Assembly (NCBI GenBank): GCA_965213685.1
Contig: CBDBZY010000018.1
Span: forward strand, 640,001-704,000
Source of the DNA: a bacterium
Lineage (GTDB): Bacteria > UBA8248
Reading direction: 5' to 3'
DNA length: 64,000 bases
A program made the translations under genes and the position numbers. Positions 31,553-51,882 of this stretch are shown here, piece by piece. The notes under the pieces were generated by a model. That model was not told where the DNA came from. It ran no database searches and saw nothing but the letters and a program-made list of their open reading frames with translations. The first letter of the stretch is position 1, and each line of letters begins with the position of its first letter.

Positions 31553-32040
31553 TCGATCCCTAGCGGGATTCTGACGGCACATACAGAGTGATATTGAGAA
31601 TTGTGAGGGCTGGCTGTCACACGGTGGCCATAGCTCAGGTGGTAGAGCACTGACAGCTAAAGTCAGAGGTCCCCGGTTCAATCCTGGGTGGCTGCCAGTT
31701 TTTCACGGTTCTCTAAAATATTCCCAAGCCTTTCCTCATGTATAACGTAGCTTGTGTGTTGTGTTCAGTGGCTCCCTAGAGGGAGACCCAGCTTCACATG
31801 CTCTGCTATGAATACATGTATTTCACTCAGTGTGGCTCCTCCCCTGATGGAGAGGAGTTACTGGTTGATCCCTAGCACATACAGACTGATATTGAGAATT
31901 GTGAGGGCTGGCTGTCACCCAGTGGCCATAGCTCAGGTAGTAGAGCACTGATAGCTAAAGTTAGAGGCCCCGGTTCTATCCCGAGTGGCTGCCAGTTTTT
32001 CACGGTTCTCTAAAAATATTCCCAAGCCTTTCCTCATGTA
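31553..32040 (+). mobile_element. Two tandem copies of tRNA-related repeat family B
   Basis: tRNA-like cores at 31623-31697 and ~31921-31995; both end TTCTCTAAAATATTCCCAAGCCTTTCCTCATGTA. Confidence 0.8.
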
Positions 32041-32077
32041 ACTGCTTTGCTGTGCAATTTTCAAGCTGCATTTCTCT

Positions 32078-32187
<110 letters not shown>

Positions 32188-32998
32188 ACCAAGATAATTT
32201 CATCTGCATTTCTCTCTCTCTAACGAGAAAAGCCGAGGGGATGAACTGGCTTAACTCAGAAGCCTCACAGAATTGGTTTTCAACGGAAACAAGATAAAGG
32301 TACAGATGACCACACCCACTGGGTGGAGTCAATATGGAGGGCCGCCTGCAGTGATAGAGCCTCCGTTCAGGTGAGTGAGTGGTAGAGCATCCCCCCACTT
32401 TCCTCTTCACCTGTCCTCCTCCATCCCTCCCTTTCTCCCTCCCTCCCTCTCTGACTCAGGCTTTGAAGTCTCTCCCCTACCCCTACTCCACCACTTAGAG
32501 TGGCTCTACCTGGGAGGAAACAAAATCCAGGTAGCCACCCACCTTCCTTCCCGCCCTCTCCCTCCCTCTCTCCCTCTCCCTTCCTTTTTTTTCCTACCCT
32601 TTCCTCTCACTTTCTCCCTCCCTCCCTTCCTCCCTCCCTCCCTCCTCTCTCCCTCCATTCCTCCCTCCCTCTCTCCCTCTCTCCTCTCTCCCTCCCTCCC
32701 TCCCTCCTTCCCTTTCTCTACCCTCCCTCCCTCCCTCCCCACCTTGGCACCTTCACCCACACAAACTCTCCAACACATACATACTTGTATGACAATTCCT
32801 AAACCACAGGCCACTGCTGTCTTCCTAATAAGGCACACCATAGAGCCACCAGTTGTGTGTGTGCATGTGCTGAGAAGCTTCAGTGTATGTGTGTGCATGT
32901 GTGTGCATGGAGGGGAAACAGAGGAGGGGTAGGGGGTCTCTGTCCTTGCACTCATTCCTAGACAGGGTGCATGCATATATGCCATCCGCAACTGGAGA

Positions 32999-35345
32999 TA
33001 AGCTCTTCCACATTATGCTCAAAAAATTACCTATTATGCTATTCTCTAATGCTGCTCAATTTTGCCCATTATGCTTTTGAAAATGACCTATTATTCCACA
33101 TTATGCATTAAAAAATATTTTAAAAAAAATAAAAAATGTCATTCATTTCTTTTGTTATACTGTAACATTAGTGATGATTCTATGTAGTCCTCCATGGAGA
33201 GTTCCTGTTGCTTTTTGAACGAGTTGTTGAGAAGAGAGAAAACCCTCTCTACAGCCGCCGATGAAGGGTTGACTAGAAGAATTTGTTTGCATGCAGCAGA
33301 CCAATGGGGAAGTGTTTGTTCATTATCCTTCCACCACTGCAATATATCAATTCTGTTCGACACATCTTCCACTGCTGCCATGTAAGTCGGTAGTTCAAGC
33401 TTGAGATCCTCCAGCTTGTTGATCAAGAATGGGAAAGCTCTGAGTTCATCCATAGCTGCAGTTGTCGGCTTCATTTCAGCAACTTTATATGATGAAAAGA
33501 GACGTGCGGCCTTGAAAGCAGACACCAGCTGACTAAATTCCCCACTGACAGCATCAAATTTTTCCTTAAAGTAACTTTTGGCTGGCTCGATGCACTTGGT
33601 TGCATAATCCATAAGTGTTTGTTCAAATGTAGGATTACCCGACTCTTCAGCAGTCGACTGTGCAATAGCCTTCGTGTTTGGGTAGTATGCTGTTGAAAAG
33701 GAAGCAGACACCTTGCTAAGCTCTTCGTAGCACTGAACTACAAGTGGCCCATCCCCTTCTAGTATGTATGTTGCCTTTACTAGAGGTCTACCAGCATCCA
33801 CGATAGCAGCAATCTCGACCTTCAGTAGTACACGCTTCTGAGGATGACATAACAGACTGAGAAGCTTCTCCTTTGTAGCTGGTGCCATCTCGTTGTTCTC
33901 CAAAAACCCCTGAATATCCCCATACAAATTGTGCACCTGCTCTATCACCTCCCATCGGGACCACCATCGGGTTTCTGAGTACGTACGAATGGATAAACCA
34001 GTTGTGGTCTTCCAGGCAATTCTGGCTTTCGGGCTGTGAGCAAAAAGAGATATCCAGAGCTTGCAAAACTCATCCAGATTCGGTGTGTTGAACTTTCTTC
34101 CTGTTAGATCATGTGCGTGGGAAAAACAACCAATATCCAGGACTCGTGGAAACACGACTTTTATTGTCCGCATAGCTACACCATTGACCGAACACCTGTC
34201 CCTCATTGCTGCTAATAGATTATCTGAAGCTATTCCAAGGGTATTCATCAGCATAGAAATCAACTCGCGTGCGACCTCATCCCCACACATGGTCTTTGTA
34301 ACAAGCAGTGCACGGACTAAACGCTGTGTAATTTTCCAGTCATTACTGATATACCTGACAACAATGGCCATTGCTTCTGCCACATGAGTAGTTCCGTCAA
34401 ATATCACCGACACTTCTTTTCCCTTTATTTCTTCCTGTGTTTGTCGCTGCTCTTCAGATCTAATGAACGGTATCAAATCACGCATGTGTTGACTGCCAGT
34501 TAGGCTAAAAGCTGATTCTTCCAATATTTCGCGGAAACTGTCGATCTTCTGAAGCGGTATACCTGCTTTTAGAAATGCTCTGACAATTTTTACATGGTAC
34601 ACACGCGTGTTGTCGGAGAGTGTCTCTCCCTTTGGATGGACTTCCTTGCTGTATTTCTGTAGATCGTCGACAATGTTGGAGTCCCGCTTCTCTCTCTCCT
34701 TCAATCTACTCTTTGATACTCTATGCTTCGTTGATTCGAGGTGATTCTTTACTACACTCTTCTTCACCGAAAGTTCTTCTCGGCAGGCTCGACAGAAGAG
34801 TTTGCCTGCTGATACACATAGACTATCGTCAGAGAATTCTCGTACACGATCTTGAGGAGACACAGATTTCAAAGTAGCAGCAGAAGAACCACCTCTTGAA
34901 CGTTTCTGACCCACCGGCGGAGGATTTGTCAGTACCTTCCTCTTTCGAGCCAATTCGGAAGGGACAGGGGAACAGAGTTTGTCAAGCAGGGATTGAACAC
35001 TACTACTATCTTCAGAGACACTGCTTTCTTCTCCACTATAGCCTGCAGTCGACACGCTACACGTAGCACTAGTAGTTTCACTACTGCCGTCTGCCATAAT
35101 GCCGTAGTAGAGCTAAACCACGTGGTCTTGTGGGTTTGGGTTAAAGGTCAAGGTAGTGTAAACATAAGCCAGACAAGTGCCTATGCACTGTACACTATGC
35201 ACCTGTATATACAAGGCTGGGTATATTATACGTAATTATAGCTGTGCGTGACCCAGATTAGTCACCCATTATGCCAGAATAATTCCCAGTGCTAGAAATT
35301 ACCTATTATGCTCAAAAAAATGCCAGCATAATGTGGAAGAGCCTA
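32999..35345 (-). mobile_element. Full-length hAT DNA transposon
   Basis: 21-bp TIR TA(A/G)GCTCTTCCACATTATGCT with one mismatch; perfect 8-bp TSD ACTGGAGA (32991-32998, 35346-35353); subterminal CCTATTATGC motifs; intact transposase ORF. Confidence 0.95.
33139..35097 (-). CDS. hAT transposase, 652 aa
   Basis: N-terminal zinc finger FCRAC...NHLESTKH, catalytic D in FDGTT, D in MRDRCSVN, CFSH, TRWWS, and the C-terminal dimerisation motif SSAAVERVFS. Confidence 0.93.
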   Translation of the reverse strand: MADGSSETTSATCSVSTAGYSGEESSVSEDSSSVQSLLDKLCSPVPSELARKRKVLTNPPPVGQKRSRGGSSAATLKSVSPQDRVREFSDDSLCVSAGKLFCRACREELSVKKSVVKNHLESTKHRVSKSRLKEREKRDSNIVDDLQKYSKEVHPKGETLSDNTRVYHVKIVRAFLKAGIPLQKIDSFREILEESAFSLTGSQHMRDLIPFIRSEEQRQTQEEIKGKEVSVIFDGTTHVAEAMAIVVRYISNDWKITQRLVRALLVTKTMCGDEVARELISMLMNTLGIASDNLLAAMRDRCSVNGVAMRTIKVVFPRVLDIGCFSHAHDLTGRKFNTPNLDEFCKLWISLFAHSPKARIAWKTTTGLSIRTYSETRWWSRWEVIEQVHNLYGDIQGFLENNEMAPATKEKLLSLLCHPQKRVLLKVEIAAIVDAGRPLVKATYILEGDGPLVVQCYEELSKVSASFSTAYYPNTKAIAQSTAEESGNPTFEQTLMDYATKCIEPAKSYFKEKFDAVSGEFSQLVSAFKAARLFSSYKVAEMKPTTAAMDELRAFPFLINKLEDLKLELPTYMAAVEDVSNRIDILQWWKDNEQTLPHWSAACKQILLVNPSSAAVERVFSLLNNSFKKQQELSMEDYIESSLMLQYNKRNE

Positions 35346-37612
35346 ACTGGAGAGCACTGGTCTGGGAACCAGACTCACCATTTGAAGATTGTTTACAAAC
35401 TAGAGCAAGAAGATTAAGTTGGTGAACGAGCCTCACTCATTATCATGATGAGTACTGCTCTACTGTGTGCAAGTGAGCTCTAAATGGTGAGTCTCGTTCC
35501 CAGACCAGTGCTCTCCATTCATGGACCAATTTCTCTTCATAGTGCATGCATGTGCACCATGTCTGGAAACAAGTGCAAAGTCTGAGAATGAGGCTGCAGA
35601 GGGTGATCAGAGTGGGCATTTCGTGATGGCAAGTCTTCCAGTGATCTCCGCAGAGTCACTCTCTCAATATGTGTGTACATGTATGCTTAATTAGCTAGTC
35701 AAGTATTCCAGTTGAGTCCAGTGTTTCTACACTTCCGTTCTGTCTGCCTGTCTGTCTGGCTCTGTCTCCCTGTCCATCTGTTTGTCTGTTCTGCTGTCCC
35801 TATTGGAACTTTCTCTGCCTTTCCAGTGTTCTCCACAGAGTCACTCTCTCAATACGCGTGCATGCTTAATTAGCTAGTCCAGTATTCCAGTCCAGTCCAT
35901 AGTTTATGCACTCCAGTTCAGTTTGCCAGTCTCTCTCTTCTGCCAGCCTGTCTATCTCTCTACCTGTCTCTCTGTCTGTCTCTGTCTCACTGTCTGTCTC
36001 TTGTCTGTTCTGCTGTTTCTATTGCCTTTTACACTCTCGTTATGTTTGCTTGTCTGCCTGTCTGTCTGCCAGTCTCCCTGTCTGTCTGTCTCTGTCTCCC
36101 CATCCATCTGTTTGTCTGTTCTGCTGTCTCTATTGGAACTCTCTCTGCCTTTCATATTTCTTTTCCTTCTCACCACAGAACAAGTATAGATGTGCCACTT
36201 CATTTTGATGGTGGGTCAGTGGAATCTCCCGACTACAAGTGTGGCTACAAGTACACTGCAGGCAAGTATAGCAGCCTTTCATGCAGCCACAGAGAGCAAG
36301 TGGTGGCTATCCTCTCAGAGTGAGTGGTTCTGGTGAGATACATGTTTACTGCACACCTCAATCACTGATAGTTGTCCACTGCAGTGGCTGTTCTCAGCTG
36401 TGTTGACGGGTGGGAAGAGACAGTGAGGAAGGAATTGCTGAAGCTCAGACAAGAAACATTGCTGACGTCATGACTGCTTTTAAATTCATTGTGAATGTAT
36501 GCTGTTATGTACAATGTCATGTAATTAATTTTCTCCTGCCACTTCCTGCGCAACATACCGCGTATAAAGGGCTCACAGTGGCGTTTAACTCCATGAGTAC
36601 TGATATACATGTACATGTACATGTGCCATAGATATCCCATGGATGGGGCTTTGAACTCTTGTGAATAGCAGATCCTTTGGTACGTTTGTTGATGCGTAGC
36701 TCCACGGACGAAGAAAAGAAGGTCGACATAAAAACGATGGCCGTTTCGAAAAAGATCAACGTGTGAAGACGTGCGTTTCCAAGACGTTAGAGACTTACAT
36801 GTACGCGTACCGCGTACTGCCGTGGGTGAGCTGCATAAGACGATCTTCCGGCTTGCTGGACACAAAGGCAGAAGCGGCATTTCAGGAACCGAGCAGTGAG
36901 TGTGTGCTCTCACTCTCACGCTGTTGACAGTCTCTCTCACTGACGGACGTTAGACATTAGACGGTGTTGGTGTCAGTCTTATACATGTCTACTCACTTGC
37001 TCTGCATACGCACATTATGCATACATATTGCTGTACATGTACATATTACGTTGTCTCTACTACTGCTACATGTACCATCTTTCATTTTCTTGTTATACCT
37101 CATTCCTCTACCTCAAACTTTGTCTATTCTATTCCTATTCCTATCACATATTGAGAGCCGCTAGTTATATGCACGTCTTCCGTATGCATGCACATTTCTA
37201 TTTACTCTCCCTCCCTCCCTCCCTCCTCACTATCTCTGTCCTTCTCATTGACAAGGACATTTTGATATTTTAGTATTATTGCCAGTCAAAAGAATGTTCC
37301 AACATACACATATACATGTAAATCCTGTTGGAGAACAATGCTCTCTTGTCAGACTGTACTAACTGTTGTTAACTGTGATGTCATCTGTGTGTCTCTTTAT
37401 AGCATGTATAGTGACGTAATGGTGTAGGCTTATTTAGAACTTTGTGTTGGCTGTGTAGTTCCAGCCACATGTTCATAAGAGTCAGTGCAATCACTTATTG
37501 TCATTATACTCATTACCCATACCCACTATCATACTTATTACTTATTATACCCATCCCTTAAATACCATTCACATTTCACTTGGTATATTTCTTTCCCACA
37601 ACCACATGCGTG

Positions 37613-37780
<168 letters not shown>

Positions 37781-37978
37781 CAAGATACAACCCCCTGTGA
37801 CACCTTACCTTTTACCTTCACCTTCAGCTGATACCAATTCTTCCTCTTCCTTCCCCCACTTCCCCCCTTTGTTCCTCATCCTTACCTTTCTCCCTTTCCT
37901 GCTCACCCACCAAGATAAGATACTATTCCAACTATGTCCCTGCCCCATGCTGTGATGAGCTAGTGAGGTGGTGCCTAC

Positions 37979-43850
<5,872 letters not shown>

Positions 43851-44041
43851 GGCTGGATCTGGGGAGAGGGAGGAGGGGGAGGTTACCACTGAGTGTAGTT
43901 TCACATGCACATAATTACTCGTGTACAGTGTATGTGTGTGAGCATATGCATCTCTTGTCCAATTTCAAACACAGTGAAGCTTGTAAGTTACATACACTTG
44001 TGCATGTGCAGTGGGCCTACCTCAACACACCTGTGTATCAG

Positions 44042-44085
44042 TAGCCTCATCAGTAGCCTCGTTCCCAGGCCTGGGAATGACGCTA
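44042..44085. mobile_element. Minimal TAGCCTC-ended palindromic element with 9-bp TSD
   Basis: GTGTATCAG at 44033-44041 and 44086-44094 flanks TAGCCTC...TAGCCTCGTTCCCAGGCCTGGGAATGACGCTA. Confidence 0.7.
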
Positions 44086-44475
44086 GTGTATCAGTTGATG
44101 GGAGAGTGCTTCTAGCTGTGTAAGCCAAGCTAGGCAAATGCACCCTAGTGTTGTGTGCAGGTTCTTTTAGTCCATTCCACATGCAGGTGGCAGGTGGTTG
44201 CTAAGCTGAGTGGGGAAATCCCAATGTAGCCCTTCTGTCTAACTCCACCCTTAAAGTGGTCTCTAGAGTGGGGGAAATCCCACAATGTTGTGCTAGCTCT
44301 TTTGTTTTGCTCTGCTTTCAATTCTCTGCTAATATGCTTGCATGAGGAAATCCTTCATGCTATGGATTTTGTGGCAGCATACAAGGACATTCTGGGACCT
44401 TCTAAGTTCTAGCATTACTGACTGGACATTAGCATGCTAGGGTAGGAGTATGCAGTAAAGAATGGTACAGTAGTG

Positions 44476-45230
<755 letters not shown>

Positions 45231-45288
45231 CGGAGACTGGGTAGTAAGTCATGGAAAAGGCTTTAGAGCTAACATAATTGTATGGGGA

Positions 45289-47340
45289 ATGTCTAGGGAC
45301 GTTATTACGCTTGAGGTTAGGGATAAATTAGCGGACGTACGTCTAGCTAGCTTTGTGAGAGGTAAAGTTGTTTGGGAAGGTGATCACTTGAGGCTTGTTC
45401 TTACTGCTACTGATAGTAAGGTATTACAAAGGAACAAGTTAGTCAGATATCATCCATCTTACGTAAAAAGATTGGTTGTAGATGTGTTCTGGATGAGCCT
45501 AAAAGAGTGGTGCATAAGAATGAGCAGTTAGTTTGTAGTAAGAGATTTGAGCCCTTAAGTGTTGTTGAGCCTGTTGAGCCTGTAGGGTCAGGTATTGAAT
45601 GTAAGAGTGACAGTGAGCATGTAGATCTTAATAGAGTGAGAGAGAATGTGGTAGCTGGGAATCGACAGGAGAGGAAATTGAGGGTGGGTACATGGAATGT
45701 CTTGGGATTGTGTAGTGAGTGTAAACAAAAGGAAGTAGGTGAATTGTTGAAGGTAAATAATATTGATGTTGTGGCTGATCAGGAGTCTTGGGAATAGGAG
45801 GATAGCAGGATAAATGTAGATGGGTATAAGTGGTTTGGGAAGCCTCGTGATGTTCAAAGTAGTCAGAGAGGGGAGGGAGGTTTTGGATTCCTTGTTTGTG
45901 ATTGCTTGGTTAATGAAGTAGAGTTTGTTGGTGAGGTAAAGTATGCAGAGTGTGTGGGTGAAAGTGAGGGGTGAGAGGGGAAGGTCAGCATTGTACATAG
46001 GTTGTGTATACATGCCTACTGATGGTTCAGGTATAGCCACTATTGATGAGAGTTATAACTTACTTAAGGAAGATGTCCTTACTTTCAAGCAGAAGGGGAA
46101 GGTTGTTTTGCTTGGAGATTTTAATGCTAGGGTAGGAAAGTCCAGTGAGGTTGATGATGTGATAGGGATGTTTGGAGAAGAGACTTGTAATGCTAGTGGT
46201 CATAAGTTGATTTCCTTCCTGAATGAAGTGAAGTTGGTTGTTTGTAATGGTAGGAAGCTAGTGATTGAGCCTGAGTGGACCAGGGTCAGGCCTAGTTTGA
46301 AGCAGAAGTCGATTATAGACTACATTATAACTGATGGGGACTCAAGAAAGGCTTCTGGGGATGTGCATGTAGATTCCTCGGATATTGGATGCTCAGACCA
46401 CCTTTTAGTTTGGATGGAGCTTGGTAGAGCATGTAAATTAACTAAGAGTCACAGGAGGATAACTAAGAAGTGGTGTTTAGACAGGTTTGAAGTAGAGGAC
46501 GTAAGATCTAAATACCAAAGAGCATTAGAAGAAGAAGGGAAGGGGTTTTCTGAAAGCATTAGGCAGATAATAAGTAAGGGGTTGAAGGGCCATGCCTTGG
46601 TGGGTGAAGTGATAAGGGAGTGGGAGAGTATTGTGAATAGAGTAGCTAAGAGGGAGGTGGGGAAGAAAATGATAGTGTGTGGTAAGTCAGGTATGTGGTA
46701 GTGATAAAATCAATTCTATAAGGAAATTGTATAAGAGCATGTTAGATGGCAATGTAGAAGATTATTGTAAGCTGTGGAAGGAGGTGAAAGATTTGATTAG
46801 AAAGAAGAAAATATATATTTGGAATGATGTTGTAGAGAAGGTAAATACAGATTATGAGGGATGTAGGAATGAATTTTGGGCTTTTGTTGGTAGAAGGACA
46901 AAGGGTAAGAAGAAGGCAACAGGATCTCTTAGAAGTGATAAGGGAGTCTTGGTCACTAGCACCAGGGGAAAGTTACAAGTTTTACAAAAACATTATAAGA
47001 CTTTGGGTAGGATGAGTGAGTGAGGATAGTGATTTTGATGGTGAATGGAAAGAGGAAGTTGAAACTAAAGTAAGCATGTGCAGCAGTATACTGAGTATCT
47101 AGATGGGGAATTGCGTAAAGGGGAGATAGAGAAGTGTGCTTGTAAATTAAAGAATAACAAGACTAGGGGAAGCGATGGTTTAGTAGGGGAGTTGTTGAAG
47201 TATGGAGGGGGAGGAATGGTGCATCAGCTTTTTAATAGTTGTTTGGCTTGAAGAAACCATACCTAAGCAGTGGAAAGAGGGGTTAATAGTAAGAAGGGGG
47301 GTAAGGAAGATCCTCCATGGTAATTATAGGGGTATGGAGA
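45289..47340 (+). mobile_element. Degenerate APE-type LINE (endonuclease and start of RT, 3'-truncated)
   Basis: APE motifs VGTWNV, QESW, LLGDFNARVG, IIDYII and SDH; RT N-terminal KLKNNKT.GSDG and NYRG; several stops and frameshifts. Confidence 0.88.
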
Positions 47341-47450
47341 ATGTTAGCTAGGGAAGGGAGAGAGGTGATAACGGTCCCCTTCCCCTTTTCCCATCCGTAC
47401 TTGAAACCCTGGTAGAGGTCATGTGCATTGGGCAATCAGAATAGCTACAA

Positions 47451-47725
47451 AGAAGGGAAAGTGAGCCGTCTTAGTTGGTGTACATGTAGTTGTGTTGCCT
47501 TGCTTTGTTTGATGAGTCTCTGATGTGTGATCATGTACATGTACAACTGCACTTGTATCATGATGTGCATGTACGAAGGATTAGAGATACCACCACAGGG
47601 TACAATACCCACACACCCTAGGCTGCCAGGGTACAGCCATAGTGTTTTATACAAGACTTTATGCTGGGGGGAACACCGCAGAGTTGTGAAGGCAAAATAT
47701 TATACAGTATTGCATAACACTTCCT
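47451..47725 (+). repeat. About 275-bp segment duplicated at 51979-52255
   Basis: Near-identical sequence, also visible as repeated peptides in ORFs 47445/51892 and 47527/52189. Confidence 0.9.
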
Positions 47726-50700
47726 ACTTACAAGCTACCATGCACTTGTACATGAGCAGTAGGCATATCTCAATACACCTGTGTATCTGTTTATGGGACA
47801 GTGCTTCTAGCTGTGTAGGCCAAACTAGGCAAATGTACTTAACTGTTTAGTGCTGTGTCCAGTCTTACTCCATGTGCAAGTGGTTGCTACGTTGAGTAGG
47901 GAAACCTCATTATGTAGCCCTTCTGTCTAACTCAACTCACGCAGTGAGTGGAGACCCTGATGCCAGGTACATGCAAGAAATAGTACAGAAGTGGGTTCAA
48001 GAGGTAGAAAAGTGTGATGAGGAACCAAATCAAGGGCTAAAGGCTACTCTGAGAGTAGGTGGCCTACTTCAGGGGAGAGGCTTTCTCAGACACAAGACAG
48101 AGCGAAAGACAACACATTTTGAGCATTCAGGGCTCAAGAATCCAAGTGGTGTACGCTCAGCTGGGCAAAGACTAGGGCCATGCTCAAACAGTGCACATGT
48201 GAGTGAGCAAGGACACTCAGATGGGCGACGGGTGCTCTGACATGTGACGGGATGAGGGCTGAGAGCTAGGCTTGAGACTACTCTAGTCCTGCCATGCAAT
48301 CACATGAGTAATACACCTATCAATGTTATGCACCACCACGCCCCACTCAGGCTGAAGAAGAGGTGTAGTGGGGATTTGACAGCCCCTGGTATCAAATGCC
48401 CAATATTTGTTGTCAATTTCACACTTCTCAGTATCCACCTTTAGATTTGTATTCACAGTAAAAGGATTTTGTTGTTTTAACAATGATTCTGTCATATGAG
48501 ATGTTGTCTGTTGAAGCTATAGAGCACACACATGTACTGTTTCTGTTTGCAGTGTAAGGTAGCCAGAAGTAAGAGAAACGCACATAACAAGCATTTTCTT
48601 TTGCCAGCGGTATCTCCAGGGTGGAAAAAGGTTCCTTTAGACTACTAATTGAGGGCATCCTTTTCTGTAACCAGTGGCATTCTCTGCACGGCTGTGGCCT
48701 GAAGCATAGAACCACCTTAGAATTTTCACACATACGTGGTCAACACAACCCTCCATAGCACTGTTCTGACAGCACGGTATGATGCATGAAGGTCAATACT
48801 TGACACAATGAATCTCGCACAATATACATCACTGTCAAACTAACAAGGGTTATTGTTTGCTGTGTATCCACATTAGCAGTTAGTAATTTTCCATATTTAA
48901 AAATACAGATTGCCCGCAAGTAGTGTCAGAATTCCCACTTATGGGGATCGTTCGATTGGTCAATTCTACCACCAAATCCCCACCCTGTCCTGGGAGGGGG
49001 TATAGTCAGGCTATTCATTGATAGGTGCATAAGAGAAGGTCCTAATCTCGCCATACACTTGTTCGCGCAGTGATACACATTGTGGCTTCGCGTTCGCTGC
49101 CGGCAGCGCATAATATTGTGCGTAAAATCGTTTGCGGGAGATGTATACTCGTGTAACCTTTACTGTAAGCTTACTATGGCTCACCTGTATCTGGGTTCTC
49201 CTATAGCCAGTTGAATGGTCTGTTTGTTCTCTCCCTTGCGCAGCCACTCTGATCTGCCCCACCCTTCGCTCAATAGAAGTATGCGGATATGGACGACATT
49301 GGGTCTTGTGTATCCGGAAGTTCCGTGGGAAATATGCAGTATATAGGAAGTCTCTTATCCAAATTCCAACACTCCAGAATCCCACGTCTACATGTACCAT
49401 TGCGATCTGCCACATGGCCTGCGCACGAAAAAAAGCATGAAAGCACAGTACTAATATAGTTTCTATGATGGAAAAGTAACTGTACGCTGTCAGTTCAATG
49501 GCTAGTGCTGCAATCACAGGTTGTAAAGTACACGTTATACCAGTAATAACTGATCAGCTGTAATTCTTATGACTTCAGCTATACAAATTTTGTTCAAGCA
49601 CCCTCCGGTTCCATGTGTTCAGATAAGTGACTTCCTACTGTATTTTAATAGCTCTTCACGTGTGATGGCGCGTCATCGACAAGCATAGCCACGCGGAGCC
49701 ACTCCTTCTACGAGAAGGCGTGGCTCCACGAGGCTGCGTCGAGCAGAGACTCAAAGTCATTGAAGGCTGGTATTGGTGGGCCTACTGGGATGGGATGACA
49801 CGGCCCTTTTAAAAAAAAAACATCATTAAGAAAATGTAATAGTCCCTGGATGCTAAGGCATATATGTATACATACATGTATGTGCATGATCAGTGATCAC
49901 ACTATAAGAATATAGTCAGCACTATATGGACTGGACTGGACTGGATTTTGGGTACCCGTTCGGCTTGATCCTAGTCTCATACCCTGATACTTTAACTGCT
50001 TCTGTTGCATGTCATCTCTCGTTATGGTTATCCACCAGTTTGAGGACTGTGACCTATAGATCTGTATATTATAGTTTTATTCTGTTAAAACGTCAGAGGT
50101 TTTGTTGTTTCCAAATTCACGTTTTTGACTTTTTGTTCTGTAAAAATATTCGTGCATATTTCACTTTGTGGTCTAGGTGAAATATGGGGTATGTGAGAGG
50201 AGTGTATGTTCTGTGAGGGGTGATATGTGTGCTCTCAGGGACTTCGAGTGTGTGTTCTGTCAGTGAGAGTGGGTAATTACTCTGGGAGAGACATGCGGTG
50301 TACTTGTTTGTTGTTGTAAAGCAGATAATAATTATCATTATTACTAGACTGGCTTTCATAGAGGTGTGTGGGGGGGGGGGGGGGGAGAAGTGAAATGCAC
50401 ACATATATGTAGTATGCACCTATTTATTAGGGGTTAACTTACCATACTCAAATGTATTCAAAAAATCTGCATCAGCAGTAGCAAATTTTCGATTGCCAAC
50501 GGCAGAGCACGAGGTGCATGCAGTCGTGGCAATAACTCTCTTTTTCCTTACCTTTTACAGTTTGTGCTAGAGCAGCTGGGATATTCCCCATTGCAAAGGT
50601 GCACAGTACACACTACTCTGAAGAAAGTTAAGTACACCGCATTATCCTTCTCACAGAACGCATACAAAACACATACCCCCAATTTCTCAAAGATCATACT

Positions 50701-51882
50701 TTGAAACCAAGAGGATTATGTGCACTAATACAAATCACTAATCATTAATACTATTCAACATAATTTTAACACTAATCATCCCCATAACTTTATTATAGAC
50801 ATAAATTACGTTGATTATGTACGGCACTTTTCCAGGCAGATTATAAAATGTTCTTGAAACCCACCCGGAAACAAGATGCTGTAATCGATCACAAGCAGTA
50901 CATATACAGTGTATAGCGCATGCAGACGCGGCGCGCCCCCCGGCCCAGGAGGCCATGTAGTCCCCAAGCTCTCCCCACGCGCCCTATGTTGGTGCGTGAG
51001 CCAGGGGGGGTCAAAGGTCGCGCGTAACAATCGCTCGAGCAGGGAATGAGGCTAGGACCATGTGCATATGTACATACGCGGCTGGATTCGTGATCGTCGC
51101 GTCTAGGGAAAGAGTTGTCCGAAGAGTGAGGGATCGCAGCTGAGCGGATGAAGGAAGATTCTGGACAGTTTCTCCGTGTGCGAGGGCTACTTTGTGAAAC
51201 TGGGCCTACTCCCTTGGGATGCAGCGTAGCCTCAGTCAGCTGTCTGTCAACATGAGCACTAGTAAGGGGCAGGCCTGCTGAGATGTGATTGTAGGAGGTG
51301 TATCTATATAGTGTTGTGTTGTTGCCGAGCATCCAAAGGCCCTCACAGCCCTTCTAATGTGACTACTACTTGTTGAAAGGGATACAGTATGTGATCATGT
51401 GTATATGGACATGAACATGCCACACAGTGTGCTGTGCTCTCTTGTCCATAAGACTTGCCATATGCCATGTCCCACATGTAGTGCCCACTCTGCTCCCCAT
51501 GAGGCCTGGTACTGGCATCCTGCATGATGGCCAGCCCAGCTGGGGGCAGGCCACAGCATGCATGTTGGTAGAGCGTCTGCCTAGTACGGGATGGTCTGGC
51601 CACGGCTGGACCAACATTTCTTCTGCCTCTCCTCCTGTCAGGTGCATGCAGAGCCCTTGCCTGTGGGGTGTGTGGAGTGTGCTAACAGCATAATATTATG
51701 GATCTGTGCTATGTATTATGTTATAGTTCAGCCAGCAGGACTTACATGCATACAGTAGGTGTCAGTGAAAAGTTAACAAAAATTCAGGTTGCGGTGCAAT
51801 GTTGGTATCGTCAAGGTTCGGTGGAAGTGCTGTGTATAGATACTCGCCTTGCCTTGTATTGCCTAATGCGACCCACAACCAC

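Larger units (their letters stand above)
32320..36473 (+). pseudogene. Fragmentary LRR-containing gene (exons ~32320-32370, 32460-32530, 36179-36319, 36397-36473)
   Basis: Exon 32460-32530 encodes the LRR LHHLEWLYLGGNKIQ between a polypyrimidine-AG and a GT. The two downstream exons splice in phase to a stop. The upstream exon contains TGATAG. Linkage of these exons is inferred. Confidence 0.45.

Noticed and set aside
31623-31697. tRNA-like sequence with an apparent CUA anticodon (possible amber suppressor rescuing the peptidase stops)
   Set aside because: It lacks U33, sibling copies differ in the loop, and it is embedded in a dispersed repeat. The peptidase also has all three stop types plus a frameshift.
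51585-51641. Possible extra orphan exon YGMVWPRLDQHFFCLSSCQ
   Set aside because: Its acceptor lies in a SINE fragment and the peptide could not be assigned to any family.
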